NCBI GenBank assembly: GCA_963827655.1
Contig: CAWHCF010000044.1
Coordinates: 160,001-224,000 of the forward strand
DNA: 64,000 nt
Source: an uncultured Acidobacteriota bacterium
GTDB taxonomy: Bacteria; Acidobacteriota; UBA6911
Direction of reading: 5' to 3'
Below, piece by piece: positions 63,411-64,000 of this stretch; position 1 is the first letter of the stretch; every line of letters begins with the position of its first letter. A program made the position numbers and the translations under genes. The notes under the pieces were generated by a model, which was not told the DNA's origin, ran no database searches, and saw nothing but the letters and a program-made list of their open reading frames with translations.

Positions 63411-63468
63411 AGCACTTCTTTCGCCAGTTCCAGCTCAGCTGTTACACTCCAGCTGTCGCCGAGGAAAC

Positions 63469-64000
63469 ATGCCTACGTCATGCACCGCCGTTGTTGCCGG
63501 GCACATCTGTCTGGATATTATCCCGACCCTGGCCAGTGACCGTTTCGCCTTTTCACCGGGCCAGCTTCTGGAGGTAGGTCCGGCGATTCTAAGCACCGGC
63601 GGTCCTGTCTCCAACACCGGTCTTGCTTTGCATAAGCTGGGCATCCCGACACGATTGATGGGTAAAGTAGGGGATGACTTCTTTGGCCGGACCATTCAAA
63701 GAATCATTGAAAAGTACGGCGTCAACCTGACCGAAGGAATGATTGAAGTTCAGGGAGAAACCAGCTCTTACTCCATCATCCTGAGCTCTTCAGACGCAGA
63801 CCGCATGTTACTGCATTGCCCGGGTTGTAACGATACCTTCGGGTCGGACGACATAGACTACGAATCGGTGTCAGCAGCGCGGCTCTTTCACTTCGGCTAT
63901 CCGCCCGTGATGAAGCGGACCATCGAGAGCAACGGCGCCGAGTTGATCGAACTCTTCAGAAGGGCCAAAGCCACGGGAGTTACAACTTCGCTCGATATGT
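63469..64000 (+). CDS. PfkB-family carbohydrate kinase (3' truncated by the window)
   Basis: Hand translation MPTSCTAVVAGHICLDIIP...TGGPVSNTGLALHKLG...GKVGDDFFG...HFGYPP...TTSLDM; GAGGA RBS. Confidence 0.88.
   Translation, partial: MPTSCTAVVAGHICLDIIPTLASDRFAFSPGQLLEVGPAILSTGGPVSNTGLALHKLGIPTRLMGKVGDDFFGRTIQRIIEKYGVNLTEGMIEVQGETSSYSIILSSSDADRMLLHCPGCNDTFGSDDIDYESVSAARLFHFGYPPVMKRTIESNGAELIELFRRAKATGVTTSLDM

Noticed and set aside
1-64000. CRISPR array, rRNA, tRNA
   Set aside because: No regularly spaced repeat-spacer array, cas gene, rRNA segment or cloverleaf recognised by eye.

Overview
64-kb bacterial window of moderately high GC. The gene content (Oar-like TonB receptor, CRTAC1/ASPIC-UnbV, TPR and multiheme proteins) suggests Acidobacteria; this is an inference. 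More than 20 genes are split by single-base indels, most likely long-read errors. Bases 1-31 kb are a surface-glycan island: carbamoyltransferase with its own carAB, GT4s, YdjC, JmjC, methyltransferases, three GT-C-like membrane proteins, GT2/DUF2304, three paralogous secreted beta-helix proteins, DegT aminotransferase and two degenerate transposase relics. Bases 31-47 kb are mostly housekeeping genes plus one complete IS110/IS1111-type element (39347-41068). Bases 48-64 kb hold a TonB/CRTAC1/TPR/multiheme cluster, a Doc toxin-antitoxin pair, and a PA2779-like/C39 peptidase/TPR-POTRA-barrel operon. The strongest result is the IS110. It sits inside one copy of a dispersed palindromic repeat family, with a duplicated AG/CT core and sub-terminal inverted repeats. 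Its 3' non-coding end contains a readable bridge/seek RNA whose guide segments match both the target repeat and the predicted circle junction. No rRNA, tRNA or CRISPR array was recognised.
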